Shown here piece by piece: positions 44,351 through 55,440 of a DNA stretch of 64,000 bases (its first letter is position 1; each line of letters opens with the position of its first letter). The stretch is from Spirochaetia bacterium (GTDB lineage: Bacteria; Spirochaetota; Spirochaetia; UBA9216). Under the pieces are notes generated by a model that saw nothing but the letters and a program-made list of their open reading frames with translations, ran no database searches and had not been told where the DNA came from. Both the position numbers and the translations under genes were made by a program. Location of the stretch: positions 4,448,001 to 4,512,000 of the forward strand of contig OY776510.1 in NCBI GenBank assembly GCA_963675665.1, given 5' to 3'.

Positions 44351-44977
44351 ATAATTTTCAAATATCTTTAATGTTTTCCTGAAATCTTGTTCAATATCTT
44401 TCAATATTTTTGGAGTTTCATTCTGTATTAATTCACAACTTTTTTCCCATATATTTTCTGCTCGTTCATCCAATCCTTTATCTTCATTCTTAACAACTGA
44501 ATTTTTAAAAAATATGATTTGATCACTTATTTGTTTTATAAATCCATCTATTTTTTTAGTTATATCTTCATCAAGAAACAATCTATTCATAGAATAATAT
44601 TCATATAATTCTTTATACTTTTTATTATATTCTTCATATCTTTCCTTTTTTGAAGGCCAAGAAGACTGTTCTATTACACTTACAAGAAATGAAGCACTAT
44701 TCTGAAATTCAATAATTCTTTTATAAATTTCATGCACAGCATCTAATTTTTTCTCATAAATTCTTTTATATGAAATATCATGCTCTATTATTCTTTTATT
44801 AAGCTCATGCTTATATATTTCCATATTTCTATTGTATTCATTGCTTAATTCATTTTTATTTTTTTCTAAATTCTTATCTGATAAATATTTTATCAAATTT
44901 GTAGCGCTAAACGTAATTATTGCGGCTATAACACCTGGAAGACCAATTTCTTTAATAATAAATTCAAATAAATCCAT
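44345..44977 (-). CDS. hypothetical membrane-anchored coiled-coil protein
   Basis: 210-aa ORF ending in the attC core. Confidence 0.72.
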   Translation of the reverse strand: MDLFEFIIKEIGLPGVIAAIITFSATNLIKYLSDKNLEKNKNELSNEYNRNMEIYKHELNKRIIEHDISYKRIYEKKLDAVHEIYKRIIEFQNSASFLVSVIEQSSWPSKKERYEEYNKKYKELYEYYSMNRLFLDEDITKKIDGFIKQISDQIIFFKNSVVKNEDKGLDERAENIWEKSCELIQNETPKILKDIEQDFRKTLKIFENYV

Positions 44978-45003
44978 AAAACTTTTTTCCTATATATATT
45001 TAT

Positions 45004-45519
45004 TTACTCATAATCCTGATTATGATCATATATACAATTTTTTATATCACCCTTTTCATCCACTAATATGTAATAGCCACGGAAGGTGCCTCTCACATAT
45101 TTTTCTCTAAAACGATTTTTTTCGATCAAGTCACTCCACTTGTATCTCCAAATCTTGTTAACCGTATAATCTTTTCTTAAGTTGACGAAAACAAGATCAG
45201 TTGGTGTATTTTCACCATTAATCTTAGGAATTATACTAGTCTGCTTCCATCCGCTATTTCGACCCTTTCGAGTCTTAACAGATATTTTCAATCCTTCTTT
45301 GGTTTCAACATCATGCTCATTAGAATCATCGACAAGAAAACCGCCAAAAATCATTTTAGTATATATTTCTCCCAAACATCCTACAATCTCATTTCCTTTT
45401 AAAACTTTTCCATTTGAATAATTTTTCAATATTTCAACAATTTCTTCTTGGATTGATTGTAATACATTAAATTTCTTTAGCAATTCGCTTTCTAATTGTT
45501 TAAATGCATCATTTTCCAT
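45004..45519 (-). CDS. small restriction-endonuclease-fold protein
   Basis: GCLGEIY...HDV...ISVKTR PD-(D/E)XK-like pattern. Confidence 0.6.
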   Translation of the reverse strand: MENDAFKQLESELLKKFNVLQSIQEEIVEILKNYSNGKVLKGNEIVGCLGEIYTKMIFGGFLVDDSNEHDVETKEGLKISVKTRKGRNSGWKQTSIIPKINGENTPTDLVFVNLRKDYTVNKIWRYKWSDLIEKNRFREKYVRGTFRGYYILVDEKGDIKNCIYDHNQDYE

Positions 45520-45537
45520 TTATAACCCTCTATTTAT

Positions 45538-45679
45538 GTATAACGACAATTTTAGCTGCCTGGCGGCGCGCGTCTTCGCGCGCATTGGCGCGGTTTTAGA
45601 GCGTAGGCACGATCAGTGCCGTAGCGTCTCCGCTAAAACCGTGACAATAGCCAGGACTGCTACAAATTTCATGTTTTGT
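45538..45679 (-). repeat. attC 10
   Basis: gtataac...gttttgt. Confidence 0.9.
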
Positions 45680-46301
45680 GTAACGACCCCATACCCACTA
45701 CTTTCTTTTATCTTAACAGTATCCTTTTTCTTACTTTGCCCCTTCTTTACTCAGCGTTCTCGCTGGGTTCATCCCAATTAATCATACAACAGTTTCATCT
45801 TTGCAGGTATTTTTATTTTCACTCAATAACTTCTACTCTGTTTTTTAGCATTTCTTTTCTTCATTTCCTTTTTATTCACTTTCAACATTTGGCCGCTAAA
45901 ATCTTTATACAGGTGAGCTGTAGTTTTTTTGAGAAGCTTAAAATAGGACCTATAGATACGAAATAGTTTTTTTCAATGCAAGGATATTATTTCATATAAC
46001 CGAACAGGGCTCCAGAAATGTTCATCATCTTTATGGGATATAAATCAAACAAGATTTCATAGAAAGAAACAGCTTTGGTTACTACGCTCTATTCTTAAAG
46101 ACACAAATACATTTCACGTCGTAGGTTATGGGAAATTATCGAAAACAGAATAATGAACTCCATAAACTTCTTTATACTATCTGCAAATTATTATTTTATC
46201 AAAGAACTAAATTAAACATTTTTTTTAATATGTTTTTCACTTATGTGTCATTCTAAACGTGAACCGTATAAAATCTTTATTTTAGCCCAATTCTCGTTTA
46301 C
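45680..46301. other. ORF-less cassette, family member 1
   Basis: no credible ORF; cores gttttgt/acaaaac are complementary. Confidence 0.75.
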
Positions 46302-46447
46302 ACAAAACGACAATTTGAGCTGCGCCCTCGATCCTGGAGCGAAGCGGAAGGAATTGGCGTGATTCTGGAGTGTAGCGCGATCAGCGCGAAACGTCTCCGC
46401 CAGAATCATGACAATAGACGGCGACTGCTCCAAATTTTTTGTTAAAT
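46302..46447 (-). repeat. attC 11
   Basis: acaaaac...gttaaat. Confidence 0.92.
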
Positions 46448-46522
46448 GCCGCTTCTTACCAGACCGCACGGCGGAGTCAAGGTCTGGTTCTATTCTTTTA
46501 AAATAGAATTACATCAATTAAT

Positions 46523-47773
46523 TCAAATAGACCATTCATCAGTAGTACCTTCATCACGATATTTAAAAATATCAGGGATATCATTATCCTCCAATAACTC
46601 TCGACAATGTTCTCTTTCAATAATAATTCCATCAAAGCTTCTTCCCGGTGCATTTCGTCCTTCAGTAGCAATAGCAAGAATTCTGTTAACATTTTCTAAA
46701 TTATCGTTTTTATCCATAGATTTACATAATGAACAACTCATCTGAAGCAGTTTTTCTTGTCTTATTTCTCTATTCCTCTCATTAGTAATTATAAATAAAT
46801 ATGCAATTGTTTTAATCGGAAGCGAAAAATATCTTAATTCTTCTTTATCAGTCGATTCATATTTCTTTCGAAATGTTTCATCGATTATTATACGTTGAGT
46901 TCTTGTCAACTTTGACAGTTCTCCGACGATAGTCAGCATACTTTCAATAGCTAGTTTTTGTTCATCAGGATTTTGCTCTAAATAATAATCAAGATGCGAA
47001 GAAAATTCATTGATCATTAACTCAACAATTGTAAGTCTAAATTTTTTTCTATCTCTCTTTTTTATTTCTTCTAATTTAGTCTTTCTATATTCCTCCCAAA
47101 TACCCGGTTGTAAAATTACTTTTCCTACTATTAAATTCTTAATTTCTTCAATTTTATCGTAATTGGAACACCATAAAGCTAAGAAATCCAATTCATTTAC
47201 ATAATCCTGAACTGTTCGTTTTAATATTTCTTTTCTATCATTTAAAAAGTTTACAAAATCACCATAAGTATTAATCTCAGTTAATAAAACATATAAATCT
47301 CTAAGAATAAAAGCATGAATATCTATATCTCGATGTGTTTCATGTTTTAATGGTAATTGATATCTAAAGTCTGGATCTTCATATAATTCATCATTAACAT
47401 TTACTGTTACAATTCCGATTTTATTTTTTATTAATGTCCATGGAATTTCAAATTCGACATCAGTTATAGTCTTTAGTTTAACATCTACATCTCTGTTCGC
47501 TGCATTCAGTGTTCTATTTAATTGTTTTTTTGCTTTCTCATATTTATTTAACACTCTTTTAGCATGTATTTGATCTGCCTTAGAAACTTCAATATCAATT
47601 GATTTTGATTGAATCGTTATAATTGTGTCTCCCGCAAGAATTAATATATCAGTCAATTCAACTTTTTTACCTGCTTCGGTATTAGTATATGGAGATTTGT
47701 ATACTAAAGCTTTTCCAAACATTCTCGAGCATATTAATTCCAGAGTATCTTCGGCGAATTTTCCATGATCCAT
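46523..47773 (-). CDS. NERD/PD-(D/E)XK-like nuclease-domain protein
   Basis: GKFAE...ELTDILI...IQSKS...AKKQL. Confidence 0.6.
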   Translation of the reverse strand: MDHGKFAEDTLELICSRMFGKALVYKSPYTNTEAGKKVELTDILILAGDTIITIQSKSIDIEVSKADQIHAKRVLNKYEKAKKQLNRTLNAANRDVDVKLKTITDVEFEIPWTLIKNKIGIVTVNVNDELYEDPDFRYQLPLKHETHRDIDIHAFILRDLYVLLTEINTYGDFVNFLNDRKEILKRTVQDYVNELDFLALWCSNYDKIEEIKNLIVGKVILQPGIWEEYRKTKLEEIKKRDRKKFRLTIVELMINEFSSHLDYYLEQNPDEQKLAIESMLTIVGELSKLTRTQRIIIDETFRKKYESTDKEELRYFSLPIKTIAYLFIITNERNREIRQEKLLQMSCSLCKSMDKNDNLENVNRILAIATEGRNAPGRSFDGIIIEREHCRELLEDNDIPDIFKYRDEGTTDEWSI

Positions 47774-47906
47774 ACTCTATCCTTTCTCAAATACTTTTCA
47801 ATATAATAGCCCGTCGGCCGGAGGTCCGGGCTATTTCTATTCTTAATCATTTTAACCCCAATCTCAAAAACTGACTAACAAAATTATTGGACTAATTATG
47901 GCGTGC

Positions 47907-48044
47907 ATTTAACGACCAAATCAGTTGCAAAATCGGCCGAGTCTTCGAGGCTTGGCGCAGTTCTGGAGTGAAGCGCGATCAGCGCTGAACGTCTCCGCCA
48001 GAACTGTGACAAAGATTTTGACAACTGCATTTGTCATGTTAAAT
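47907..48044 (-). repeat. attC 12 (same sequence as attC 4)
   Basis: atttaac...gttaaat. Confidence 0.92.
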
Positions 48045-48132
48045 GCCTTTTCTTATCAGACCGTACGGCGGAGCCAAGGTCTGATTTCTTTTGATATTTA
48101 TATTTTATAGCCAAGCTTCAAGTTCATTTTAT

Positions 48133-49506
48133 TCAATTTTCACACTGATTTATAAACTTTTCAACATATTTATAAATACTCTCATATTTTCTTGACTCAC
48201 TATCCTCTGATAAAAATATTTTAAATTCTTCTCTTGCTAAATTAAAATCTTCATGCTTGTAAAAGAATAACAAGCCTAAACAATAATGCAATTGATATTT
48301 CTCAGGCTCCTCATCTAATATCCCATATATAAATTTTTCACATTGTATATGTACATTATTAGCAGCTCTATTTCTAAAACCTAATTTATAAAAATTATAA
48401 GCTTTATCTAACTTCTCTTCATAAGCAAATAAAAATGCTTTACTATATGCCCATGTATAATCGCCGGTTGCTCTCTTCTTTGCTTCAAATAATCTTTCAT
48501 GTGCAACTTTTAAATTTCTTTCATGAAAATAAAAAATTGCACTAAGGGTACACATATCATAGCTCAAAGGACATAATTTTTCAGCTTCATGTACTTTTTC
48601 ACCTATTTTCTCCCAATTACATTCCCCCAAATATTCATTTATTGCAAAGAAGTGTATTTCCGCCATTAGAAATTCTTTATTATTTTTCTGTATACGTTCA
48701 AAATTGGTTTTTAATATTTCAGTATCACTTTTAATTTTGATTTGATTACATTTCTTATGCAATTTATATGCTATATCAATAAATCCATTATATGCACATG
48801 CTAATCCCAAAATATACAATGAGCCATAAGAAAATATAAGTGAATTCAGGCTGAAGCCAGTAAGTTCTTGATCATATGAAATCATTGAATTGCGAGGAAA
48901 TACTGAATACATATCTTGAATAATATTATTTTTCCTATCCAACGGTATAGTTTTATGAGAAATAGACTCATTAAATTCAATTACGTAATGCTCCTTACCA
49001 TTTTGAATTCTATTCCTTGCAACACCATATAAAATAAATTTTGCTTTACTCTTATCATGATATTTCTTTGCTAACAATTTATTATCATTAATTTTCTCAG
49101 AATGATATTCAGACAATGTAATCACTTTAATTTTCTTATCTACACTTTTTATACTTCTTTCAATTTCATCAAAAAAATCTTTTTTAATTTTCTCTCTAAC
49201 CTTATCATTATCTGTTCTAATCGCAAACAAAACTCCAATATCATTTTTTCTAAATTTTGGGATTCTCCTTAAATAAAGCCATATAAAAATGAGAAATATA
49301 TCTACTATACAAAAAACAATAATATTATTTATTATTAAATTCTTATTCGTTGATAATACTTCCAAAGCTGGTATATTATAATCATCAATGGATCCATACA
49401 ATTTGATTATCCAACTTATAAATAATAAGAATTGAACCCCTGTAATTGAAATTTTCCTTTCAAGGAGTAGTTTCATTCTGCGCAATGTATCATAACTATC
49501 TAACAT
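48133..49506 (-). CDS. membrane-anchored TPR-like protein (copy 2)
   Basis: matches 33105-34478 apart from KIESD vs KIKSD. Confidence 0.75.
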   Translation of the reverse strand: MLDSYDTLRRMKLLLERKISITGVQFLLFISWIIKLYGSIDDYNIPALEVLSTNKNLIINNIIVFCIVDIFLIFIWLYLRRIPKFRKNDIGVLFAIRTDNDKVREKIKKDFFDEIERSIKSVDKKIKVITLSEYHSEKINDNKLLAKKYHDKSKAKFILYGVARNRIQNGKEHYVIEFNESISHKTIPLDRKNNIIQDMYSVFPRNSMISYDQELTGFSLNSLIFSYGSLYILGLACAYNGFIDIAYKLHKKCNQIKIKSDTEILKTNFERIQKNNKEFLMAEIHFFAINEYLGECNWEKIGEKVHEAEKLCPLSYDMCTLSAIFYFHERNLKVAHERLFEAKKRATGDYTWAYSKAFLFAYEEKLDKAYNFYKLGFRNRAANNVHIQCEKFIYGILDEEPEKYQLHYCLGLLFFYKHEDFNLAREEFKIFLSEDSESRKYESIYKYVEKFINQCEN

Positions 49507-49639
49507 TTTATAATCTCCGATTTTATTCTTAATAATTCTATCATCGCCCGTCGGCCGGAGGTCCGGGCGATTTCTCTTACTTATTTTACACCCAGAACTC
49601 GAAAACGGCTAACAATTTCATCGAAACATCCCTAAGTGC

Positions 49640-49778
49640 ATTTAACGACGATTTGAGTAGCAAAATCGGCCGAGTCTTCGAGGCTTGGCGCAGTTCTGGA
49701 ACGCAGCGCGATCAGCGCGGAGTGTCTTTAGCCAGAACTGTGACAAAGATTTTGGCTACTCCAAATCTTTTGTTATAC
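49640..49778 (-). repeat. attC 13
   Basis: atttaac...gttatac. Confidence 0.92.
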
Positions 49779-49813
49779 AGGTTTCTTTATTTCTTGATAT
49801 TTTTCCAATTCAT

Positions 49814-50968
49814 CTAATTTAACACTGAATCAATTACAATCTTTTCACTAGCTTTTGTTTTCTCAAATAATGCCTTCTGTTTATCATTCATGTATGAATT
49901 ATATTTAGACTCCAATAAAAGATCTAAGTTCTTTATATAAAAATCTATTTCTATCCCATCTTCATATAAATAATATATATCATGTTGTTTCAGCTTTAGA
50001 AATAAGTAATTTTCAAAATAGCTCCCGAAATCTCTTGCCCCTGTAAAACAATGTTTTATTCCTAAATCATTACAATATATCTTTTTCGGAGATAATATCT
50101 TTTCATTTGTTTTTCCATATCTTGATAGTAATTGTATTAAGAATGTATCATTAAAATAATATAGATACTTTCGAGCAGAGTTGACTGATATTTTCAGAAT
50201 ATTTGCAATCTTATTAATACTTAATTGTTTACCACTTCGTTCCATCAATAATAAAAAGTAATCCTTTATCATTTGGGGATCTTTAATTGAGTGTTCCGAA
50301 ATAATATCTTTATGTAAGATATCATCTACTAAACTAAATAAAAACTCTCTTTCTTCATTCAATACGTAATATGGAATTCCTCCAATTTGAAGAAAATCAT
50401 CAAAATATGGTTCAAGCAATTTATTATCTTTTCTTGATATTTTAATATTCTTAAAATAAAGATATTCATCAAAATCTAAGGGTTTTACTTCATAAATATA
50501 TGCTCTTCCAGTTAAAAAGGCTTTTCTATCCTTCAACTTTATACTTGAAGATGAGGAAGCATATACTTTTGCGTTCTGTCTATCATGGATATTTTTTAGT
50601 TGTTGATGAAAATCTTCTTTATAAATTATTTCGTCTAAAAATAGATAGACTTTATCATCAACTGGTATACGATGTAATTTCCTATATTCATCTAATACAT
50701 CCAGGATGGATTTATCCTTAAAAACATAATCATCTAAACTGACATATAATATATGATCAGCAGAAATTCCCATTTCTTCAATAAGCTCCTTGATAATAAG
50801 CTTCATCAAGGTTGTTTTCCCAATGCGTCGTAATCCTGTCAAGAAAATTATATGCTCATTTTGCAGATTTCTACGAAGCAACTCGAGATATTTCTTTCTG
50901 GGTATAATCCTATCTAAAGAAATTTCACCTTCCCACCACGGGTTGTATTGATATAATGCATCTATCAT
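49814..50968 (-). CDS. AAA_14 ATPase with DUF4143-like C-terminus
   Basis: YNPWW, GLRRIGKT, FLDEI, PKKIYCNDLG, FENY, EIDF. Confidence 0.88.
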   Translation of the reverse strand: MIDALYQYNPWWEGEISLDRIIPRKKYLELLRRNLQNEHIIFLTGLRRIGKTTLMKLIIKELIEEMGISADHILYVSLDDYVFKDKSILDVLDEYRKLHRIPVDDKVYLFLDEIIYKEDFHQQLKNIHDRQNAKVYASSSSSIKLKDRKAFLTGRAYIYEVKPLDFDEYLYFKNIKISRKDNKLLEPYFDDFLQIGGIPYYVLNEEREFLFSLVDDILHKDIISEHSIKDPQMIKDYFLLLMERSGKQLSINKIANILKISVNSARKYLYYFNDTFLIQLLSRYGKTNEKILSPKKIYCNDLGIKHCFTGARDFGSYFENYLFLKLKQHDIYYLYEDGIEIDFYIKNLDLLLESKYNSYMNDKQKALFEKTKASEKIVIDSVLN

Positions 50969-51048
50969 ATAGTTATTCTACCACTGAAAGCATATTATTG
51001 CAACTTTTTATACTTTCTAAAAGTATATTTTTCCGATTTCTTAACTCT

Positions 51049-51187
51049 GTATAACGACGATTTGAGTAGCGAAACCGGCCGAGTCTTCGAGGCTTGGCGC
51101 AGTTCTGGAACGTAGCGCGATCAGCGCGAAGTATCTTTAGCCAGAACTGTGACAAAGGTTTTGACTACTCCAAATCTCTTGTTATAA
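51049..51187 (-). repeat. attC 14
   Basis: gtataac...gttataa. Confidence 0.92.
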
Positions 51188-52516
51188 ACATTCTTCCTCT
51201 ATCACTTCATCAATATCATTTAACCCAAGTCCAATATATTCTATTTCATAATCCTGATATTTCTTGATAAATTTATTTGATTTTTCATGCAACTTATTCA
51301 TATTCACTTTTTCCTTATTCATTTTGATTTCACCGATCAGCATTTTCTTATTTATCTCATCAATGCAAACCAGATCTATTTCATTTTGATTTCCTTTTTC
51401 CCAATAATTTCCAATTTCTACATATTTTCCAGAATATCGATATATTTCATGATAAAATTTTTCGAGAATGGGTCCGCTATATGTTCTTAAATCATCTTCT
51501 AATTTCTTTCTTATATATAGATAATTATTGTTCTCAATTGCAGAACGATATTTGTAAACATATCTAAACCAGAATTTTAAGAAATTATCTTTTATAAAAT
51601 ATTTTTGTATTCTTCCTGTCGGTTTTGCCCCTATCGGTTTAATTTTTCCAACAACATCATAATCGATTACTAATTTTTCTAAGTATCCACCAATATCTTT
51701 CTCTAATATCGATTCTATTTCACTACGAGATGTTCTTCCGTCAGACATTAATTCTAATATTGAAAAATATGTTCCATATTCTTTTCCAAATTCTTCAATA
51801 AGTATTGTTCTGCCTTCTTCAATAAATGGTGAATCAATCTCAAAATAGAAATCGAGGATTTCTTCTTCTGTATATTTTTCATTATCTAATAATATCTCTT
51901 GATATCTGGGTACTCCCCCAGTTAACATATAATTTATAAATAAATTATCTATACTATATTTATTATTATCAATCAGAATTTCCTTTATCACTTTTGGTGG
52001 AAATGCCTTAAGATACATTATTCTATCTGCTCTTCCAAAAAGCGGTTCTTTGCTATTCTTAAATATTTTATGCATCAGAGAGTAAATTGAACCTATAAAT
52101 ATTAGATGCACCTTTGATTCATTCTTATATTCATCCCATAGATTTTGTATCTCTGAATAAACTGATTCATTTATTTGGAAGAATTCCTGAAATTCATCAA
52201 TAATCACTACGATTTTTTCATTCTTTCCTAATTCCATTATCAACTTAAAGACATCTTTAAATCTTTTTATTTCTCCAATAACCGGAATATTGAAATCTTC
52301 TTTTATTCGTTGTATGAACTCCTCACAGAGAAGTATTTCATCTTTCTTTGATATGAATAGATATAGAGTTTTTTTATTCTTTGCGTATATTTTTGACAGT
52401 GATGTTTTCCCTATTCTTCTTCTACCTGTTATCACAGTCATAATGGATTTACAACTAACCTGGTTATACTGTTTTTCGAGCAAATCTAATTCACGTTCTC
52501 TTGCATAGAACTTCAT
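51182..52516 (-). CDS. AAA ATPase with DUF234 nuclease-like C-terminus
   Basis: FYARERE, GRRRIGKT, IIDEFQ, TGGVPRY, YW...EIDLV...GEIK. Confidence 0.9.
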   Translation of the reverse strand: MKFYARERELDLLEKQYNQVSCKSIMTVITGRRRIGKTSLSKIYAKNKKTLYLFISKKDEILLCEEFIQRIKEDFNIPVIGEIKRFKDVFKLIMELGKNEKIVVIIDEFQEFFQINESVYSEIQNLWDEYKNESKVHLIFIGSIYSLMHKIFKNSKEPLFGRADRIMYLKAFPPKVIKEILIDNNKYSIDNLFINYMLTGGVPRYQEILLDNEKYTEEEILDFYFEIDSPFIEEGRTILIEEFGKEYGTYFSILELMSDGRTSRSEIESILEKDIGGYLEKLVIDYDVVGKIKPIGAKPTGRIQKYFIKDNFLKFWFRYVYKYRSAIENNNYLYIRKKLEDDLRTYSGPILEKFYHEIYRYSGKYVEIGNYWEKGNQNEIDLVCIDEINKKMLIGEIKMNKEKVNMNKLHEKSNKFIKKYQDYEIEYIGLGLNDIDEVIEEECL

Positions 52517-52585
52517 TTGTCCCTTCTTTTATAGTAATATCTTTTACTGTAACATATATTACTATATCATGCAAGTCTGAATTGT

Positions 52586-52728
52586 TTATAATGACAATTT
52601 TAGCTGCCTGGCGGCGCGAGTCTTTCGAGCGCATTGGCGCGGGTTTAGAGCGTAGGCACGATCAGTGCCGTAGCGTCTCCGCTAAAACCGTGACAATAGC
52701 CAGGACTGCTACAAATTTCATGTTTTGT
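52586..52728 (-). repeat. attC 15 (crossover triplet mutated)
   Basis: ttataaT instead of ..aaC at 52592; right end gttttgt. Confidence 0.88.
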
Positions 52729-53205
52729 GTAACGACCCCATACCCACTACTTTCTTTTATCTTAACAGTATCCTTTTTCTTACTTTGCCCATTCTTTACC
52801 CAGCGTTCTCGCTGGGTTCATCCCAATTAATCATACAACGATTTAATCTTTGCAGGTATTTTTATTTTTTACACTATAACTTCTTCTCTGTTTCTTAGCA
52901 TTTTACTTCTTCATTTCCGTCATTTTCATTTTCAACATTTGGCCGCTAAAATTTTATGCAGGTTAGCTGTGATTTTTTTGAGAAGCTTAAAATAGAACAT
53001 AGATATGAATACGTTTCACGTCGGAGGTTATGGGAAACTATTGAAAACAGGATGATTAACTCCATAAACTTCTTTATTTAACCTGCAAATTATTATTTTA
53101 TCAAAGAACTGAATCAAATATTTTCTTTTTAATATATTTTTCACTTATGTGTCATTCTAAACGGGAACCGTATAAAATCTTTATTTTAGCCCAATTCTCG
53201 TTTAC
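52729..53205. other. ORF-less cassette, family member 2
   Basis: close paralogue of 45680-46301, about 145 bp shorter. Confidence 0.75.
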
Positions 53206-53353
53206 ACAAAACGACAAAATCAGTTGCGCCCTCGATCCTGAGCCGCAGGCGAAGGAATTGGCGCGGTTTTAGAGTGAAGGCGCGATCAGCGCCGGAACGT
53301 CTCCGCTAAAACCGTGACAATAGACGGCGACAACTGCATTTTTTTTGTTATGT
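53206..53353 (-). repeat. attC 16
   Basis: acaaaac...gttatgt. Confidence 0.92.
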
Positions 53354-54487
53354 AGCAAATTTCCCATCATATTCTATTAGATCATCAACAGAAAGAGTTT
53401 TTTTATTAATTGAAAAATTAATAATTAATTCTTTCTTTATAGGCTTTATTATATTTTCACCATAGAATATAAAATTGAATTTAAATATTGTAGTAATATT
53501 TGGGCATATAAAGAAATCATCAAATATTATCATTTCTCCAGGGAAAATATCATTAGAACGGAATCCAATATTATAAGTATTTTTTTCATAATCTTCATTT
53601 ATCCAAAAATAATATCTTGGCTGTACTCTATCTATTACAGATGAACCAATAATTAAATCATCAAAGGATCCTTCTTTTTTATGTGGAAATCCTAATTTTA
53701 CTTTTGTCATTGATAATGATTCGATCGAAATATTATTTTCTGAATAGATATTATAGATTGTTTCAGGACTATTATTTTTTATATAACAATTCACCTTTTT
53801 AAATTCTTCACGTACCTTTATCCAATTAGCAAGTTCTCTATAATAATCTCTATTATCTCTTTGAACTAAATCGAATACGGTGTTTTCTTGACCATAATCT
53901 GGAATATCATCTTCTTCTGGAAGATTTATTCTATTTACTTCTAAATTTATTTCTTCCCCTATTATATCGTTATTTTCTTTACTATAAAAACCAAAATCAA
54001 AATTTATCTCACTATTATCTTTTTGATTTTTTCCCATATCAGCAATTTCTGAAGGATTTGCAATTACAGTAGAAGATCCTCTTCTTATATATACTGTTTC
54101 TGCCATTAATTTTGTATAATTTTTTTTCAAATAATATGGTCTTTTTTTTTGAATAGGTATCTCAAATATTCCAACCTTTTTATTATCCAATTCCTTTTCA
54201 TAGTAAAGAAATTCAATTGGACTATTGACTTTGGTATTTACAAATTGTTGTATTTTAGCATCATCTATACTTTCATCTATCCCTACTATCTCAGCAGGCT
54301 TTCCTTTTCTCTCTTTTAATCCAACTAAAATATAAGCAGTTTCTCTTCTCCAAGCATTAGCAAATGCTATTATATCTTTAAGCAACTCTGCCTTTTCATT
54401 ATCTGGAGCTTTATCAAAAGGATATTGTTTCTGCTTAAAATCGAGGCTATTTCCTTCAGGTTCATAAAATAAATCCTCTGTTTTCAA
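53348..54487 (-). CDS. Schlafen/AlbA_2-domain protein
   Basis: EGNSLDFK...LLKDIIAFANA...YILVG...YIRRGSST. Confidence 0.85.
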   Translation of the reverse strand: MKTEDLFYEPEGNSLDFKQKQYPFDKAPDNEKAELLKDIIAFANAWRRETAYILVGLKERKGKPAEIVGIDESIDDAKIQQFVNTKVNSPIEFLYYEKELDNKKVGIFEIPIQKKRPYYLKKNYTKLMAETVYIRRGSSTVIANPSEIADMGKNQKDNSEINFDFGFYSKENNDIIGEEINLEVNRINLPEEDDIPDYGQENTVFDLVQRDNRDYYRELANWIKVREEFKKVNCYIKNNSPETIYNIYSENNISIESLSMTKVKLGFPHKKEGSFDDLIIGSSVIDRVQPRYYFWINEDYEKNTYNIGFRSNDIFPGEMIIFDDFFICPNITTIFKFNFIFYGENIIKPIKKELIINFSINKKTLSVDDLIEYDGKFAT

Positions 54488-54591
54488 TATCTTTACACCT
54501 CGTTATATAATTATCAAATTCTGCATAATTATATCATCTGTTTTAGGGAAATTAAAATCCAATATTTTTATTTTATCCAAGTTTTTCGTCT

Positions 54592-54730
54592 ACATAACGA
54601 CGATTTGAGTAGCAAAACCGGCCGAGTCTTCGAGGCTTGGCGCGGTTCTGGAACGTAGCGCTATCAGCGCGAAGTGTCTTCAGCCAGAACCGTGACAAAG
54701 GTTTTGACTACTCCAAATCTTTTGTTATGC
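54592..54730 (-). repeat. attC 17
   Basis: acataac...gttatgc. Confidence 0.92.
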
Positions 54731-54820
54731 AAATTTGCTCTTCGTCATATACTACTTCCAAATTTCTTCTATATTCTTCTTTCAAATTTTCTTGTATAGA
54801 TTTTTTAATTTTCTTCCAAA

Positions 54821-55096
54821 TTATTGAAAATTTACTACTACTTGTTTATTAAAAACTTCAGCAACTTTTTCTATAGTAGACAATCGGACACTTTCTGAAT
54901 GATTTTCTAATCTCGATATTGCGCTTTTAGTTGTTGATAGCCGTTTTGCTAATTCCTCTTGTGTCATCCCGGAATTTAGTCTCATTTGTTTTATTTCTTC
55001 CCCTATTCTTAATAATTTTACTTCATCTTCAACTTTCTTTTTAAACCCTGGGGAAACAGCCTCTTTTCTCTCTATAAATTTATCTACATCACTCAT
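54821..55096 (-). CDS. HigA-like XRE antitoxin
   Basis: GMTQEELAKRLSTTKSAISRLEN. Confidence 0.9.
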   Translation of the reverse strand: MSDVDKFIERKEAVSPGFKKKVEDEVKLLRIGEEIKQMRLNSGMTQEELAKRLSTTKSAISRLENHSESVRLSTIEKVAEVFNKQVVVNFQ

Positions 55097-55440
55097 TTCT
55101 TCCTCCTAAGATAATCTTGACGATATTTCTCTGCCAAAACAATTTCTTTTTTTGGAGTTTTCATCGTTTTCTTTTGAAATCCATGTGTTAGCACAACAAT
55201 GTTTCCTTTATCAAAAAAAAATGGAAACCTGTAAATATTTGATACCCATTCTATTCTTACTTCAAACAGTTTTGTATCTGATAATTTCTTTAGAAATTTC
55301 TTTGGAACATTATCTTGTGTTTCTAATAATTTAAATACTGAGATTATCTTTACTTGAAGATTCTCTGCAGAAGACTCTAAAAACTCTTCAACTGGGCAAT
55401 CATTATTCTCTTTTCTGTAGAATATTATTTTCCTACTCAT
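55093..55440 (-). CDS. RelE/HigB-like toxin (Gp49 type)
   Basis: CPVEEFL, LFEVRI, LTHGFQKKTMKTP; TTGAAA-17-TAACAT-7-ATG promoter. Confidence 0.9.
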   Translation of the reverse strand: MSRKIIFYRKENNDCPVEEFLESSAENLQVKIISVFKLLETQDNVPKKFLKKLSDTKLFEVRIEWVSNIYRFPFFFDKGNIVVLTHGFQKKTMKTPKKEIVLAEKYRQDYLRRKK

